Of a stretch of DNA of 64,000 nucleotides, positions 49,120 to 60,000 are shown in pieces; position 1 is the first letter of the stretch; each line of letters starts with the position of its first letter. The translations under genes were made by a program, and so were the position numbers. The notes under the pieces were generated by a model. That model ran no database searches, had not been told where the DNA came from, and was given only the letters and a program-made list of their open reading frames with translations. This DNA is from Candidatus Poseidoniaceae archaeon (GTDB lineage: Archaea; Thermoplasmatota; Poseidoniia; Poseidoniales; Poseidoniaceae). The stretch is taken from NCBI GenBank assembly GCA_938084675.1, contig CALKGM010000003.1, positions 171 through 64,170 of the forward strand, in the 5' to 3' direction.

Positions 49120-50908
49120 TGTATGCTCGCCATGCAGCGTTCCCCTTCCCGGCTAATTTGATTCCATGTTGGGGTGGACTTGGCATTTCTATCTCTGCTG
49201 TGTTCATCATTCCTTCGTGGCTGAAGTCTAACAATACCTGCGTGTTCTGTCGTCCTTTGAGAACAGATGTTAGGTGGCTTAAGGACTGGATACGAAGTTT
49301 GTCAATGGCGATTAACTCGTCACCGACTTGTGTTTTTGTTCGTAGAGGAGAGCCTGAGTGGTATGTTGTAATGACAACCTTCCCCTTTTGGTCTCGTAGT
49401 CCCACGCCCAGCCAGGCCGTTGGTTCAACATCGGGCTTTTGTGGAACGATGTCAAGGCGGAAGAATTTCATTGCCTTTTTGATATCAGGGGCCTTTCTAT
49501 CTTGGACAAGACGGTCCAAATATGGGCCGAGGCTCTTTCCGCCAGGGACTTCTTTCAAGGTTGTTCTAAGTGTCTTGTAGTCGATTCCGAGTTCATTGCT
49601 GCTGTCATACTCAAGGGCATAGCGGTTGCACAACTCTGCCATGAATTCACACGCCCCATAGGCTCCTTTGCTTCTTTTCTGTAATTCCACGTCCAAACAC
49701 ATGATGGCTAATTCACCTTCTAGGTAATATGAGATTTGACTTTCACGGGTATAAGGGCCGCTTCTATAGAGGTGTATCCATGCATCGTGACTTGACTCGG
49801 ATAAGGATTCTCTATGCATCCCATTTTTGGTCGTGTGACGCTTCATCTTACGCTGGAAATCCTTTCTCCAATCTTCTTCAGTCCAAGCTCCAGAGCGAAC
49901 ACAAAGCATGTCCCCAAGCCATGACGTCCCACCTTCAAACCACCAAAGCAAGTCAGTGTGAACCTCTTTTTGGAGGTCATAGTCAAGGAAATTCTTTGGC
50001 CTCAATCGTTTGACGTTCCATTGATGGAGATATTCATGTGAAAACAGACTTACAAGGTCTCGATATTCATCCTCGTGGCCGGGGTAGAGGCATTTCCTCG
50101 GCATCATTGAGGTCTGGGAGTTGAGATGTTCTAACCCCCCCCGTCCAGTGTCTGTGAGGTGGAGAACAGTGGTATATGTGCCCCATTTTGGTAACCCAAA
50201 GAGGGCATGATGTTCCTTGATGATTCGTTCCATGTCAAGAATAAAACAATCAAGTCGCTCCTTATTGGGTTCATGTCCTCCACTGTCCCAAATTTTCAAA
50301 TGGTGTGTTCTTCCATCAACAACATGTGTAATTGGTTCGTTTTGATTGATTTCAACGATCCCATCCCATAAATGATCACGATTTGGTGCAGAAAAGCACC
50401 AGGTGGTAGCATCTCCGTTATTCAGAGGATTCCCTGAAGGCTCAAATTGCGTTGCTGGACTCCAAGTAGATGGAGCGGTTAATTCAATCATATGTTCCAT
50501 GTTCAATCTCTCTTGTGAGATTCCCTTTTCTGGCATCATCCATGTGAAAGGGGGCATCAAGTGGAGATGGCTAGCGTCCAAGTGTGTGGACCGAACGCTT
50601 AACTCAGCAGCGAGAATAGTGTAACTCGTCCGTATTGATTCAGTGTCTTGGGGGACGGAAAGTTCGATTCCATCAACCCCTATTCGTTTCCATCGCAGTT
50701 CTTTTCCGGCAGACGAAATCGCTGAGAAATTGAAGAGATGCTGCATTGGTTCACGCATAAAGTACGACCCAGGGACCCAGCGAGGGAAACGTAAGACGAG
50801 TTTTCGCCCGAGAAAAGGCCCTTCGATCGAAACGCCAACATGCAGGTGATGTTGTGTTCCATCTGTAGCGTCGGCTGTGAACGTGAGACCTGAGTTCTTC
50901 CTGCTCAT
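49094..50908 (-). CDS. M61-family glycyl aminopeptidase-like metallopeptidase with a C-terminal PDZ domain
   Basis: HEYLHQWNVKRLRPKNF (HExxH) with a downstream WWFEGGTSW, and a C-terminal PDZ-like segment GDELIAIDKLRI. Confidence 0.78.
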   Translation of the reverse strand: MSRKNSGLTFTADATDGTQHHLHVGVSIEGPFLGRKLVLRFPRWVPGSYFMREPMQHLFNFSAISSAGKELRWKRIGVDGIELSVPQDTESIRTSYTILAAELSVRSTHLDASHLHLMPPFTWMMPEKGISQERLNMEHMIELTAPSTWSPATQFEPSGNPLNNGDATTWCFSAPNRDHLWDGIVEINQNEPITHVVDGRTHHLKIWDSGGHEPNKERLDCFILDMERIIKEHHALFGLPKWGTYTTVLHLTDTGRGGLEHLNSQTSMMPRKCLYPGHEDEYRDLVSLFSHEYLHQWNVKRLRPKNFLDYDLQKEVHTDLLWWFEGGTSWLGDMLCVRSGAWTEEDWRKDFQRKMKRHTTKNGMHRESLSESSHDAWIHLYRSGPYTRESQISYYLEGELAIMCLDVELQKRSKGAYGACEFMAELCNRYALEYDSSNELGIDYKTLRTTLKEVPGGKSLGPYLDRLVQDRKAPDIKKAMKFFRLDIVPQKPDVEPTAWLGVGLRDQKGKVVITTYHSGSPLRTKTQVGDELIAIDKLRIQSLSHLTSVLKGRQNTQVLLDFSHEGMMNTAEIEMPSPPQHGIKLAGKGNAAWRAYIMTRQGRD

Positions 50909-51897
50909 GATGCGAGTTCATTTGCGGCGGTTGATAGGTTCTCGCACGCCACCTTGAGAAGGTCTGGAGGATTGGACGCCATGAATTTCTCAACATTGAC
51001 TTGTAGTTCAGGTTCATTTGCTCTGCCCAACAAGCGTTCGAGTAACTTACTTCGCTCGATGATGTCAACATTTTCATTTCCGATCATTTCCCACCGCAAC
51101 TCATCTTCTTTGGCACCCTTGCCCATGAGCCAGCGAGCGACGATAGAATGCATGTTTGCCTCAAGAAGCGTGTCAATAAGGACATCACTGGAACTTTCAA
51201 CGTTGGTTCTAAGATGCTTTGTGATATCGTGAAAGTGCTGAGGGCCGAGTTTTTCCGCCAACAATGGGAGATTGTTCGGGTGATGCTTGGCAACCCAAAG
51301 GAACAACTTTACGGTTTCAGATTGAACGCTAAAAAATGGCATAATGACCGAAACGTCGACTGCTTCATTACGGTTCAATAATGCTCGCAAAGCCTCAATT
51401 TGGACCGTGTTAGACGTATCTTTGAGTCCGTTAAGGAGTTGTTCCGTGGTGCAAGATGGGTGCCGCATAGCGAGGCTTCGTATCGCATCATTGGCATGGT
51501 GATGCATGGCTTTAATCGCCTCAGGATTTCCGTGTGCTAGCAAAGCATCAGCAGCTTTTCTACGAACAACAGAATCACCGTCATCGAGCATCATCGTTGC
51601 AGTAGAGACCCCATCTTCCCCTAAGGAATCAAGGAGGTTGGCTCCGCATCGGCGAACATTAAGCGAGGAATGAGCGGTTAAATCCTCTACCGCATCAAGT
51701 CCAACAATTGGTGCCCATCGTCGGTAAGCATCCAGGGCTTTAGACACGAACCATGAATCTTCATCGTTCAAGAGCGATTTGAATGCTTTGAGTGATTCAG
51801 GGTCTTCCAACTCAACCAAGGTTCGGACGGCACGCCTTCTGGTCCGAATGTCGCGGTGCTTGAGACGGCCCATGGCCCTGTCAAGTTCCCCTGCCAT
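50905..51897 (-). CDS. HEAT-repeat protein
   Basis: Repeated units such as RTRRRAVRTLVELEDPESL, DSVVRRKAADALLAHGNPEAI and NDAIRSLAM. A 4-nt overlap with the M61 gene downstream. Confidence 0.62.
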   Translation of the reverse strand: MAGELDRAMGRLKHRDIRTRRRAVRTLVELEDPESLKAFKSLLNDEDSWFVSKALDAYRRWAPIVGLDAVEDLTAHSSLNVRRCGANLLDSLGEDGVSTATMMLDDGDSVVRRKAADALLAHGNPEAIKAMHHHANDAIRSLAMRHPSCTTEQLLNGLKDTSNTVQIEALRALLNRNEAVDVSVIMPFFSVQSETVKLFLWVAKHHPNNLPLLAEKLGPQHFHDITKHLRTNVESSSDVLIDTLLEANMHSIVARWLMGKGAKEDELRWEMIGNENVDIIERSKLLERLLGRANEPELQVNVEKFMASNPPDLLKVACENLSTAANELAS

Positions 51898-51951
51898 GTG
51901 ACTGCCAATCTGCGCTCCCTCATAGGGCTGTTCTTTTCATCACGCGTCGTT

Positions 51952-52584
51952 TCATCGCATCTCTAGCCAGGCGAAGATAAGAATGATGGGTAAGAGGTAA
52001 AACAATCTACGGTGCATCACATTGGTTGATTCCATGTGCTCTATTACCGACGGAGGGAGGACCTCGATGGAAGAAGAGGTTCTTCTTCTACGATTCAATG
52101 GGATGTGTTGTTCAACATAGCCTAGCACTTGATTGCGTAATTCAGGACTTCTGCTTCGCTGTTCACCTCGGCCAACAATGTAACGGATGGTATGCCTATC
52201 GGTCATTGGAAGTGTGGCTTGGACAATGGCAAGTGGCTGGGTTGAATTGTGTAGGTCAATGCGTACCGCCCTCCCATCGCCTCGAACGTGACTAAGCACT
52301 CTCCATTTACCCTGGCCCTCGTTGAAGCGTTCCAAACAGGCTCTCGCTTCATCAAGAGGGTCTTCTTTACTGTAGAGGGGTGAACGCCTCCACCCTAAGA
52401 AAGGGCCGAGCAGGAGGGCGCAAATGATTGGTGTTAGGCACATCAATTCCAGCAGACGCACAAGTTCATCAGGGTCTGTAAGGGCAGACACAACAGCAAG
52501 GGAGAATCCCAGAAAGAGTCCGATGAAGGCTCCAGCTTGTAATCCGGTAATAAGGCCAATTCGGGGTGGAAGTTCCTCGGCCAT
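51952..52584 (-). CDS. hypothetical membrane protein
   Basis: Two N-terminal helices and one C-terminal hydrophobic helix. No family recognised. Confidence 0.42.
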   Translation of the reverse strand: MAEELPPRIGLITGLQAGAFIGLFLGFSLAVVSALTDPDELVRLLELMCLTPIICALLLGPFLGWRRSPLYSKEDPLDEARACLERFNEGQGKWRVLSHVRGDGRAVRIDLHNSTQPLAIVQATLPMTDRHTIRYIVGRGEQRSRSPELRNQVLGYVEQHIPLNRRRRTSSSIEVLPPSVIEHMESTNVMHRRLFYLLPIILIFAWLEMR

Positions 52585-52666
52585 ATGTTATGATGAGGGG
52601 CATTTGAAATGAAGGCTTGCCTTAGAGCGGGAATAAATCAATAGATAGGCGTACCTACGATGGGCC

Positions 52667-53431
52667 ATGGAGCGCAACGGCCTCACTGACCGAAGGAGGG
52701 AAGTGAAGATTGGAAAATGGGTTGCTGGCATTTCGGGATTTTTGGTTTTATCATTTTTCATTGCACCATTGACCCTTGAACCCGGAACCGTGCAGAATGT
52801 TGAAGGGCGTGCAAATGTGATCGACTTTTACTCAAAAGACGGGTCCGGTTCATATGGGAACTTGGTCAAAGCCAACCACTCACATGCAGATGGTTCCTAT
52901 GGGCATCAGGGCTATGTTTGGACCGAAATGAATCTTTATGGGGCCGTTATCTATGCTTTCGGAGATTTAAACTGTCATCAAAAGCATGAGCGTTCTCTTG
53001 AGTTTAATGAAAATCAAACGCCATTCTGTACACGGGACCTTGGTATCTTTTTTGGCTTATTTTTAGGTGGTCTACTCTTTACTCAGCGAGGATGGAACCG
53101 TTGGACTGTCAAAGACACCTGCCTCTCTCTTCTCCCATCGTCTTGGTTGGTTCCAGTTTATGCAAAGAACCGAAGGCTCATCACTTGGCTTGGCGTCGGA
53201 ATTTTGCTTTGTAGCCCGATGTTATTCGACGGATTTTACCAACTTTTAACGGACTATGAGTCAACCAACTTCAAAAGAGTCATCACCGGAATTCCATTTG
53301 GTTTTGGTATTGGAGCACTCATGTGCAGCATGTTCGCTTCACGGTCCGATGCGTTTTCCGGAGCGGGGCAAGTACTGCTGCCAGGGAACTCAAGGTTCAC
53401 CTTGGCTTCATCTCAAGATGAATCCGAATGA
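52667..53431 (+). CDS. DUF2085-family membrane protein
   Basis: FGDLNCHQKHERSLEFNENQTPFCTRDLGIFFG resembles the DUF2085 CHQ...C(A/T)R motif. Confidence 0.55.
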   Translation: MERNGLTDRRREVKIGKWVAGISGFLVLSFFIAPLTLEPGTVQNVEGRANVIDFYSKDGSGSYGNLVKANHSHADGSYGHQGYVWTEMNLYGAVIYAFGDLNCHQKHERSLEFNENQTPFCTRDLGIFFGLFLGGLLFTQRGWNRWTVKDTCLSLLPSSWLVPVYAKNRRLITWLGVGILLCSPMLFDGFYQLLTDYESTNFKRVITGIPFGFGIGALMCSMFASRSDAFSGAGQVLLPGNSRFTLASSQDESE

Positions 53432-54783
53432 ACTGGCGGTGCATTGGACCACCAAACCAACAATTCAGATGCATTTGTTGGAAGAGGGCAACCTTCGTGA
53501 CCGCTGGTTAAAATTGCAAGACGTTGGTGAATATCCGATATAGCCTTCTTCAATCCAGAGGAGAGTTCTTTCCCTTCATCTGTATGGAATATTTCTTCAA
53601 GTGCATTGGCCCAATCTTTGTCAGGATTTGATCTGCGCCAAGATGCAAGGGGTCCTCTCAAAGGCCACATTGCCAGGGTGAGGCGTGCAAATCCAAGTCG
53701 TTCATCTCTCAATTTGAATAATTGAGCATCCGAAAACGGAACATGGGATTGCTGTTTGAAGATCCAATGTTCGGCCAATAGCCATTTTACGAGACGTTGT
53801 GTATGGCGCTGAGTCACCATCCGAATTGGGCCTAATGAGGCATGAAGACGCGGAACTTCGCTCGAGCCAACCATGAGTGAAAGGGTTCCGAGTATTGACC
53901 AGCAGGAGTGTGCATATGGCGTTGCAGGGACATCATGCTCTTGAGCGGTCTCAGTAGGCCAGTTATCCTCTGCTTCTTGCATCCAATCTGACGGTGACTT
54001 TCCAGATAGCCAACCGACGTGAATCGCAGTTCGTTCTTGAGGTGCACCGGGCAGCCGAGTTTGCTTCTTTACATCATGAACTAATTTACTCAGCAGATTT
54101 CGGTCAACTTCATCACCATCTACATTCAATGGTAACGGTTTTCGGTTGAAAAACCGCCGCAATTCACTCCTTAGAGAACGTTTGAGTTCGTCCAACCCAC
54201 CCTCATTGAGAACGGGTCCAACAACATGACACTGATTGAAGGGTGGGGGTACTTTCACATCTCCAGCCAAGAGGTCGTGAAATCCCTTCCGAATGGTTGT
54301 TTGAATTTCTTTTGTCTCAAAGTACTCCTGCTTGTCACTGGTCATCCGTAACGTTCCGGTTTTGATTCGTTTCATGGCCTTTTTAGGGTCGCAATCGATC
54401 CACAATACCAAGTCTGGAATCATTGCTGCAGCATTCATTTTAGCAACTTGCTCAAGGCCCAATTCCCCAACTACTCCTTGGTAAATAAGCGAGGAATGGA
54501 TGTTCCGGTCAGAAATGACCACGCACCCTTTGGCGAGTAACGGACGGATGTACGTGTGAGAGTGGTCCAACCTGTCTGCTGCAAACAAGCCTGCTTCTTC
54601 AAGCGGAGTTTTATCGCCCAATTTGACTGAAGAGAGGGCGAGTTTGCCCAGTTCACTGTGACGACGCGGTTCATGCGTTGAGATGACATCAGGAAATGGG
54701 AACTCGCTGAGTAATTCAGCAAGTATTCTTGCGGCTTCCCCTTTGCCAGAGCCATCGCCCCCTTCGACTGAAATCAAATACAT
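53413..54783 (-). CDS. thymidylate kinase-like domain fused to an uncharacterised C-terminal region of about 250 aa
   Basis: MYLISVEGGDGSGKGEAA (P-loop), LFAADRLDHSH (DR motif) and VISDRNIHSSLIYQG. The remainder has no recognisable family. Confidence 0.68.
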   Translation of the reverse strand: MYLISVEGGDGSGKGEAARILAELLSEFPFPDVISTHEPRRHSELGKLALSSVKLGDKTPLEEAGLFAADRLDHSHTYIRPLLAKGCVVISDRNIHSSLIYQGVVGELGLEQVAKMNAAAMIPDLVLWIDCDPKKAMKRIKTGTLRMTSDKQEYFETKEIQTTIRKGFHDLLAGDVKVPPPFNQCHVVGPVLNEGGLDELKRSLRSELRRFFNRKPLPLNVDGDEVDRNLLSKLVHDVKKQTRLPGAPQERTAIHVGWLSGKSPSDWMQEAEDNWPTETAQEHDVPATPYAHSCWSILGTLSLMVGSSEVPRLHASLGPIRMVTQRHTQRLVKWLLAEHWIFKQQSHVPFSDAQLFKLRDERLGFARLTLAMWPLRGPLASWRRSNPDKDWANALEEIFHTDEGKELSSGLKKAISDIHQRLAILTSGHEGCPLPTNASELLVWWSNAPPVHSDSS

Positions 54784-54786
54784 GTT

Positions 54787-55710
54787 TCAGTCCTCTCGCT
54801 GGTCTTCAAAGTCAAATTTAGCAAAGATGTTGAGAATCATTCCAGCAAGGATTAGAGTCGGTCCAATGATAATAAAGCCTCTACCAAATAAGGCAAAGCC
54901 AGCAAAATATTGGCTTCTTCGGTAATGACGTCCACGGCGCATTTCTACAGCTGCTTGGACGCCTACAAAAGAAGCAAGAATCGTAACAATACCAATTCCA
55001 CTTGCTAAGGCAACGGCGAAGTCCAGGGTCGGGCCACCGGTCTTCTCGGAAAAGTCCTCGTATCGAGTGTCATTACCTGTTTTCATCGTCACGGGCATAA
55101 GTCCTGCATCATCCGGAGTAAACGTGCGTTCAACGGTTTGGAAGCCGTCCTTTGAAAAAATTATGATGTGGTCGTCTTTAGCGACATTTTCCATCGTATA
55201 GTAGCCGTATTCGTTTGTTGTTGTTGTTTGTAGGTTGGCTCTCGAATCTTTGTCAAGAAGTTCAACGGTTACATTTTCAACTCCGGTGCCCTCTATGTCA
55301 AGGAGAATTTCTCCGGAAATGTCGGCTGTTTGTTTATCGGAATTCCATGCTGAAACGAAGGCTTCGGATGGATTGCCTTGGAGGATCAATGCTCCACTAA
55401 TAATTCCGAGGATACTTCCGATGAGAACAAGTGATGCAGCGAGGTTTCTCCAACGGTCTGCATCTCTGTCTAACATCTCAAACCAGTCATCTTGTTGAGG
55501 CTCTTCAACGGTGACAACTTCTTGATATTGGTCCTGTGTGATGACGAGGGGTTCTTCTGGCTCGATGAGGGAGCCTGCGTTTTTCTTCGCCTTAACTCGC
55601 TCACGAAGGGCTTTCATTCGGCGTTCGCGGTCATCCTCCAACTCCAAGCCCCCTTGGTGATGCCACAGCGTGCGCGGATAATACCCCTTCCCCTTGGAGT
55701 CCGCGCACAA
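54787..55710 (-). CDS. membrane protein with a carboxypeptidase-regulatory-like beta-sandwich ectodomain
   Basis: ISGEILLDIEGTGVENVTVELLDKDS...TNEYGYYTMENV...IIFSKDGFQT is a CarboxypepD_reg-like pattern, flanked by TM helices. Confidence 0.48.
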   Translation of the reverse strand: MCADSKGKGYYPRTLWHHQGGLELEDDRERRMKALRERVKAKKNAGSLIEPEEPLVITQDQYQEVVTVEEPQQDDWFEMLDRDADRWRNLAASLVLIGSILGIISGALILQGNPSEAFVSAWNSDKQTADISGEILLDIEGTGVENVTVELLDKDSRANLQTTTTNEYGYYTMENVAKDDHIIIFSKDGFQTVERTFTPDDAGLMPVTMKTGNDTRYEDFSEKTGGPTLDFAVALASGIGIVTILASFVGVQAAVEMRRGRHYRRSQYFAGFALFGRGFIIIGPTLILAGMILNIFAKFDFEDQRED

Positions 55711-55716
55711 GAGTGT

Positions 55717-56925
55717 TCAGCGCTTCAGTTTCCACTCTGCGAAAACAATCAATGCCACGATGGCGAACAACGACAGGCCAGCAAGGATGACGAGTCCCGT
55801 CAATGCACGGGATACGGGCTCTGAGGCGTCTTTAGATTCTTCAACTTCATCATTCGTAGTGTCCTCATCCGAAAGGTGATTCTGCTCTTCTTCAACGATG
55901 ACGAAAGCCCCACTTCGCAACCCAAGTTCGACCAACCTACCAACAGCTCCTAAGGATTCTTCGCTTACTTTGTCCGGTGTATCTTCCATCGTGTGCCAGT
56001 ATTCACCGAATGTACCAGGGACCTTTTCGCCGTATTGAGGGTCCATGAAACTAAGCGTAGGGATGCCTAGTGCGTCAGGATGTTGATGGTCGTCGCCTAC
56101 ATATGCAGTGATATTGTATTGCATGGTCCCGTCCCCGTTTTCTCCCGTACAAGAGGTCGTGCCATTAACCATGCCGAGGGCCCCACCAAGAGTCTGTGCG
56201 CGGGATTTCAACGTCGAATTCCCGATGTAGATATTTTGGAGTTGTAGGTCACGGTCACCGACCATGTCCAACAAGACGAACGATTCCATGGTGTCAATCT
56301 CATAGTCCGATAAATTATCTGCCCAAGCTTCAGCACCCAAGGTATAGTTGTCGTTTTGGTCTTCAGCGTCATTCCAAAACAGAGTGATGTCTTGGGTGAG
56401 GTTCATCGCAGGAATAATCCGAGCGAGTTCAATCAAGATTGCTGCTCCACTTGCAGCATCATTTGCTCCAGGGACTGGTAAGGATTGATTTGAGACATTC
56501 AAGTCCTTGTCCGCAACATTTCGGCTGTCGTAATGGGCTGAGATTACAATTCTCCCTCGTTCTTCATCACCTGTTCCGTTCAATGTTCCAAAGAGATTCG
56601 TGAGGTTCATCCCATGGCTCACATGCTGTTGAGTGTGGACTTCCCAGCCCCATGCCGTAATATTTTCCTCCACTGCTGCGCGGAAATGAGCGGAAGGCTC
56701 TGAGCCAGGGATGCGATCTCCAAGCGAAACCTGCCACCCAACGGAGTTATTTGCGTTTGTACCATTGAATACTAGTTCTTCAGATATGTCGCAGAGTCTA
56801 GGTTGTCCATCTTCTCCGTCCCATTGGTTTTCATTTTGGGACGAAACCGACGCACTGAGGGTCATCAGTGCTACGGCCAAGCACAGCCATGTTCCCGTTG
56901 TTCTCGGCGAGGATCTACTCGTCAT
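55717..56925 (-). CDS. M28-family aminopeptidase, secreted and anchored at the C-terminus
   Basis: Signal peptide, RIVISAHYDSRN, VPGANDAASGAAILIELAR, a C-terminal TM and KLKR. Confidence 0.8.
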   Translation of the reverse strand: MTSRSSPRTTGTWLCLAVALMTLSASVSSQNENQWDGEDGQPRLCDISEELVFNGTNANNSVGWQVSLGDRIPGSEPSAHFRAAVEENITAWGWEVHTQQHVSHGMNLTNLFGTLNGTGDEERGRIVISAHYDSRNVADKDLNVSNQSLPVPGANDAASGAAILIELARIIPAMNLTQDITLFWNDAEDQNDNYTLGAEAWADNLSDYEIDTMESFVLLDMVGDRDLQLQNIYIGNSTLKSRAQTLGGALGMVNGTTSCTGENGDGTMQYNITAYVGDDHQHPDALGIPTLSFMDPQYGEKVPGTFGEYWHTMEDTPDKVSEESLGAVGRLVELGLRSGAFVIVEEEQNHLSDEDTTNDEVEESKDASEPVSRALTGLVILAGLSLFAIVALIVFAEWKLKR

Positions 56926-57012
56926 ATTGATGCCTTGACCACGGACTCTTAAATACCTCCTTTCAAGTGGCTAAATTGTGAATCGGTCCTGCGATTCATA
57001 AACGTGATTTTT

Positions 57013-60000
57013 ATGTCGGAACGACGCTCCACTCCCGCCCTCGTATTCGTTGCTCTTCTGCTCGTCACAAGCATGGGCCCAATTGCGATTACTGCCATGG
57101 CGGATTCAACAGAGGATCCGGCTGTTTCACCTCCGTCACAATCGAGCGGTGAAATTATTGGCGACCTTGACGATTTCGACCCCAGTGAAGGAAGTGAGTA
57201 TTTGTTTATTCACGAGGACCAGCCCGTTGTTTCGGCTACACAATTCATGCGGCAGGCATGGGTTGACGCCGGTCGGCCTGGCGTGGACGACATGGTCGTT
57301 GACACGACCAGTGCGCGAACTGCAGGGCGCGCATGCACTCCACGAACAGTAGGAGATACACTAACCGTCTCAATTTCGGGCGGTCAAATTGATGCCTATG
57401 TCGCCAAAACAACAAACAGCGTAGCGTTCATCGTACAAAGCGGACGGACATTATCCTCCACAGTCCTCAACAACCTTGCTAGCACATGGGACACGACCAT
57501 CTATCCAACCATGACCACATACTACGGCAAGGATTACCAAGACGGCCGAGGACTTGCACCTCCAGATGTAGACAATAACTGCCAGGTTCAGATTATTATC
57601 TACGATATTGACGGGGCTTACAACACAGGTGGATACTTCGCACCCTCATTCTCTAGCTCCAGCGAATCTGTCTTTGTGGATTACGCCGACATCACACTTG
57701 CTTGGGGTAAATCAATTCTTGCCCACGAACTTGAACACCTGCTTCACAATGCGTTGGACCCTTACGAAAACTTGTGGATTGACGAAGGAAACGCCGATGT
57801 TGCAATTTACCTCTGTTTCGGAGCGGATTCAACCCTAACGGGGCACGTCAATGCATGGACTGCAAATCCTGAGCAATCTGTTCGTTGGTGGAATCAACGA
57901 ATTGCAGATTACGGCGCGGGATACATGTTTACGATGTATCTTGCAGAACATCTTGGTGGTGGGCCTGCCGTTCGCCAACTCGTCCAAGATTCTGCAACGG
58001 GTGGTCAAGGCGTTGAGAACCTCGCCCTATCCCCGCAATCAGGTCCTGTTGGTGCTGTTGGTACGACCATGAGTCAAATATTTGCAAACTTCAGCATCGC
58101 TGCGACTCTCGATTCTGACCAAGGAATCTATGGTTATCCCAACTTGGATTTGAACGCCATATGCTCTGGAGGTCTCTTTTGCCGAGCTCAACCCACTGAA
58201 ATTAACAGCGATTGGAGCACACCATGGTCCTCTACAGGAAATACCCTCGAAGGATGGGGAATGCGTTCGTTCAAATTCACACCTGGCGGGGCATCTCCTG
58301 CTCCGTTGACACTGCGTCTTACTGCAGATGTATCGCAATTTAACGGCGTTGTTGTTTCCAAGGCCACCTCGGATGGTCTCTGGTCTGTCACGGATCTTAA
58401 TTTCAACAACAGGGTCGCAACAGGTCTTATTCCTGGATTTGGTAATCTCACCGATGAGGTTTGGGTTATCACTTGGTATGAGAGTACGATTGCAGACTGC
58501 GACTACACTTCCTGCGGACCCTCCTATCCAACAGGAACTGTTGACGTAGAGGCTGCACGAATCACTTCTCCAGCTACTCTCTCCTTGAACACGACCACTC
58601 TTGGGGACCGTGATGGAGACGGAAGTGATGATACAGTACAGATTGATTACGGCGTGTTATCAAATGCGTTCTTTGAGGATTTGGATGTTGAAATCACAGT
58701 GTCGGACAGTTCTGGTGCGCTTGTTGATATGACGACCGACAGGATTGCTGCAGGTGGCGGTGTGATCGTTGATAGTAGTGTCTACTTCACCGCTCCACTC
58801 AATGGAATGTACTCCTTTTCAATGGTCATGAAAGACATGCTTGGCTCGGTAGTTGATACCCTGCAAACCTCGCCACAATCACTCAACAACATGCAGCCAG
58901 TCGCTAACGGGACCCTTTCTCTTACCGATGTTCAGACTTGGGAGAACCTCCAATTCCAAGGCGATGGTTTTGATGCATGGGGTCTCTCATTAGACAACAA
59001 TACTCTACCCTATCTTGACGCTCCAATAGCCTATGCTTGGGACTTCGGAGATAATGTGACCTCGAATCTGAAATCACCGCTGCGCTCCTATGCAAGCGTT
59101 GGTTCGTTTAATGCTACACTGCGGGTCATGGACCAAGGTGGCAGTTGGTCTGAAACTGAAATACATCCAGTCAACGTAACCGATTCAACAGACCCCTTCC
59201 CTGTGATTACCGTCAATAATATCGTGATTGAGGATGAAATTTCCCTTCTCACAAATCAAAGAATTTTGTTTTCCGCAGGACGTACGACCGATAACGTTCC
59301 TTTGGACTATCTCGATTTCCATTGGGATTGGGGTGACGGGACCAGTGACTCCGGCCTGGGGATTTATTCTCAACAACATGAATGGGGCGACATTGAAGGT
59401 GAAAACATCACTTATGACCTCATTCTCACCGTTTTTGACGGCAATAACAACGGAACGAAAATAATCAAGGTGAACATCAACAACCGTCTCCCCGTCCAAA
59501 TTTATTCAGAGACGATGATGACCATGACCTACACGAATCTTGTTATGCCAGATGTCTTTATTGACGATGATGGAACGATTGAAGCGTACGATTGGACCTT
59601 CACAGACGGAGTGCGCATCGCCCCGGGTATTCCTCAACGTGGTGACGATTACTCGACCGTTTCCAGCACCCTATCAAATCCAATCGTATCGTGGGATGTT
59701 CCTGGCAACAAGACCCTGATGCTCACCGTTACTGACGATGACGGTAGTGAAATGACCACAATGCTCAATGTTATTGTTTTGAATCAACTACCTGTGGCTT
59801 CATTTGAGGTCATATCCTCCTCCACTCTTGGCTCTCAGTCCATTGATTTCAGAGAACAAGACGGTGAGGTGGATGAACCCTACACCTTTGACGGACGAGA
59901 CAGCACTGACCCGGACGGCACTGTTGGGGACTCAACCGATTTAATTTACAATTGGACGTTTTCTGACGGAACTTTCGGAGAGCGCCCTCAAGTAACTCAC

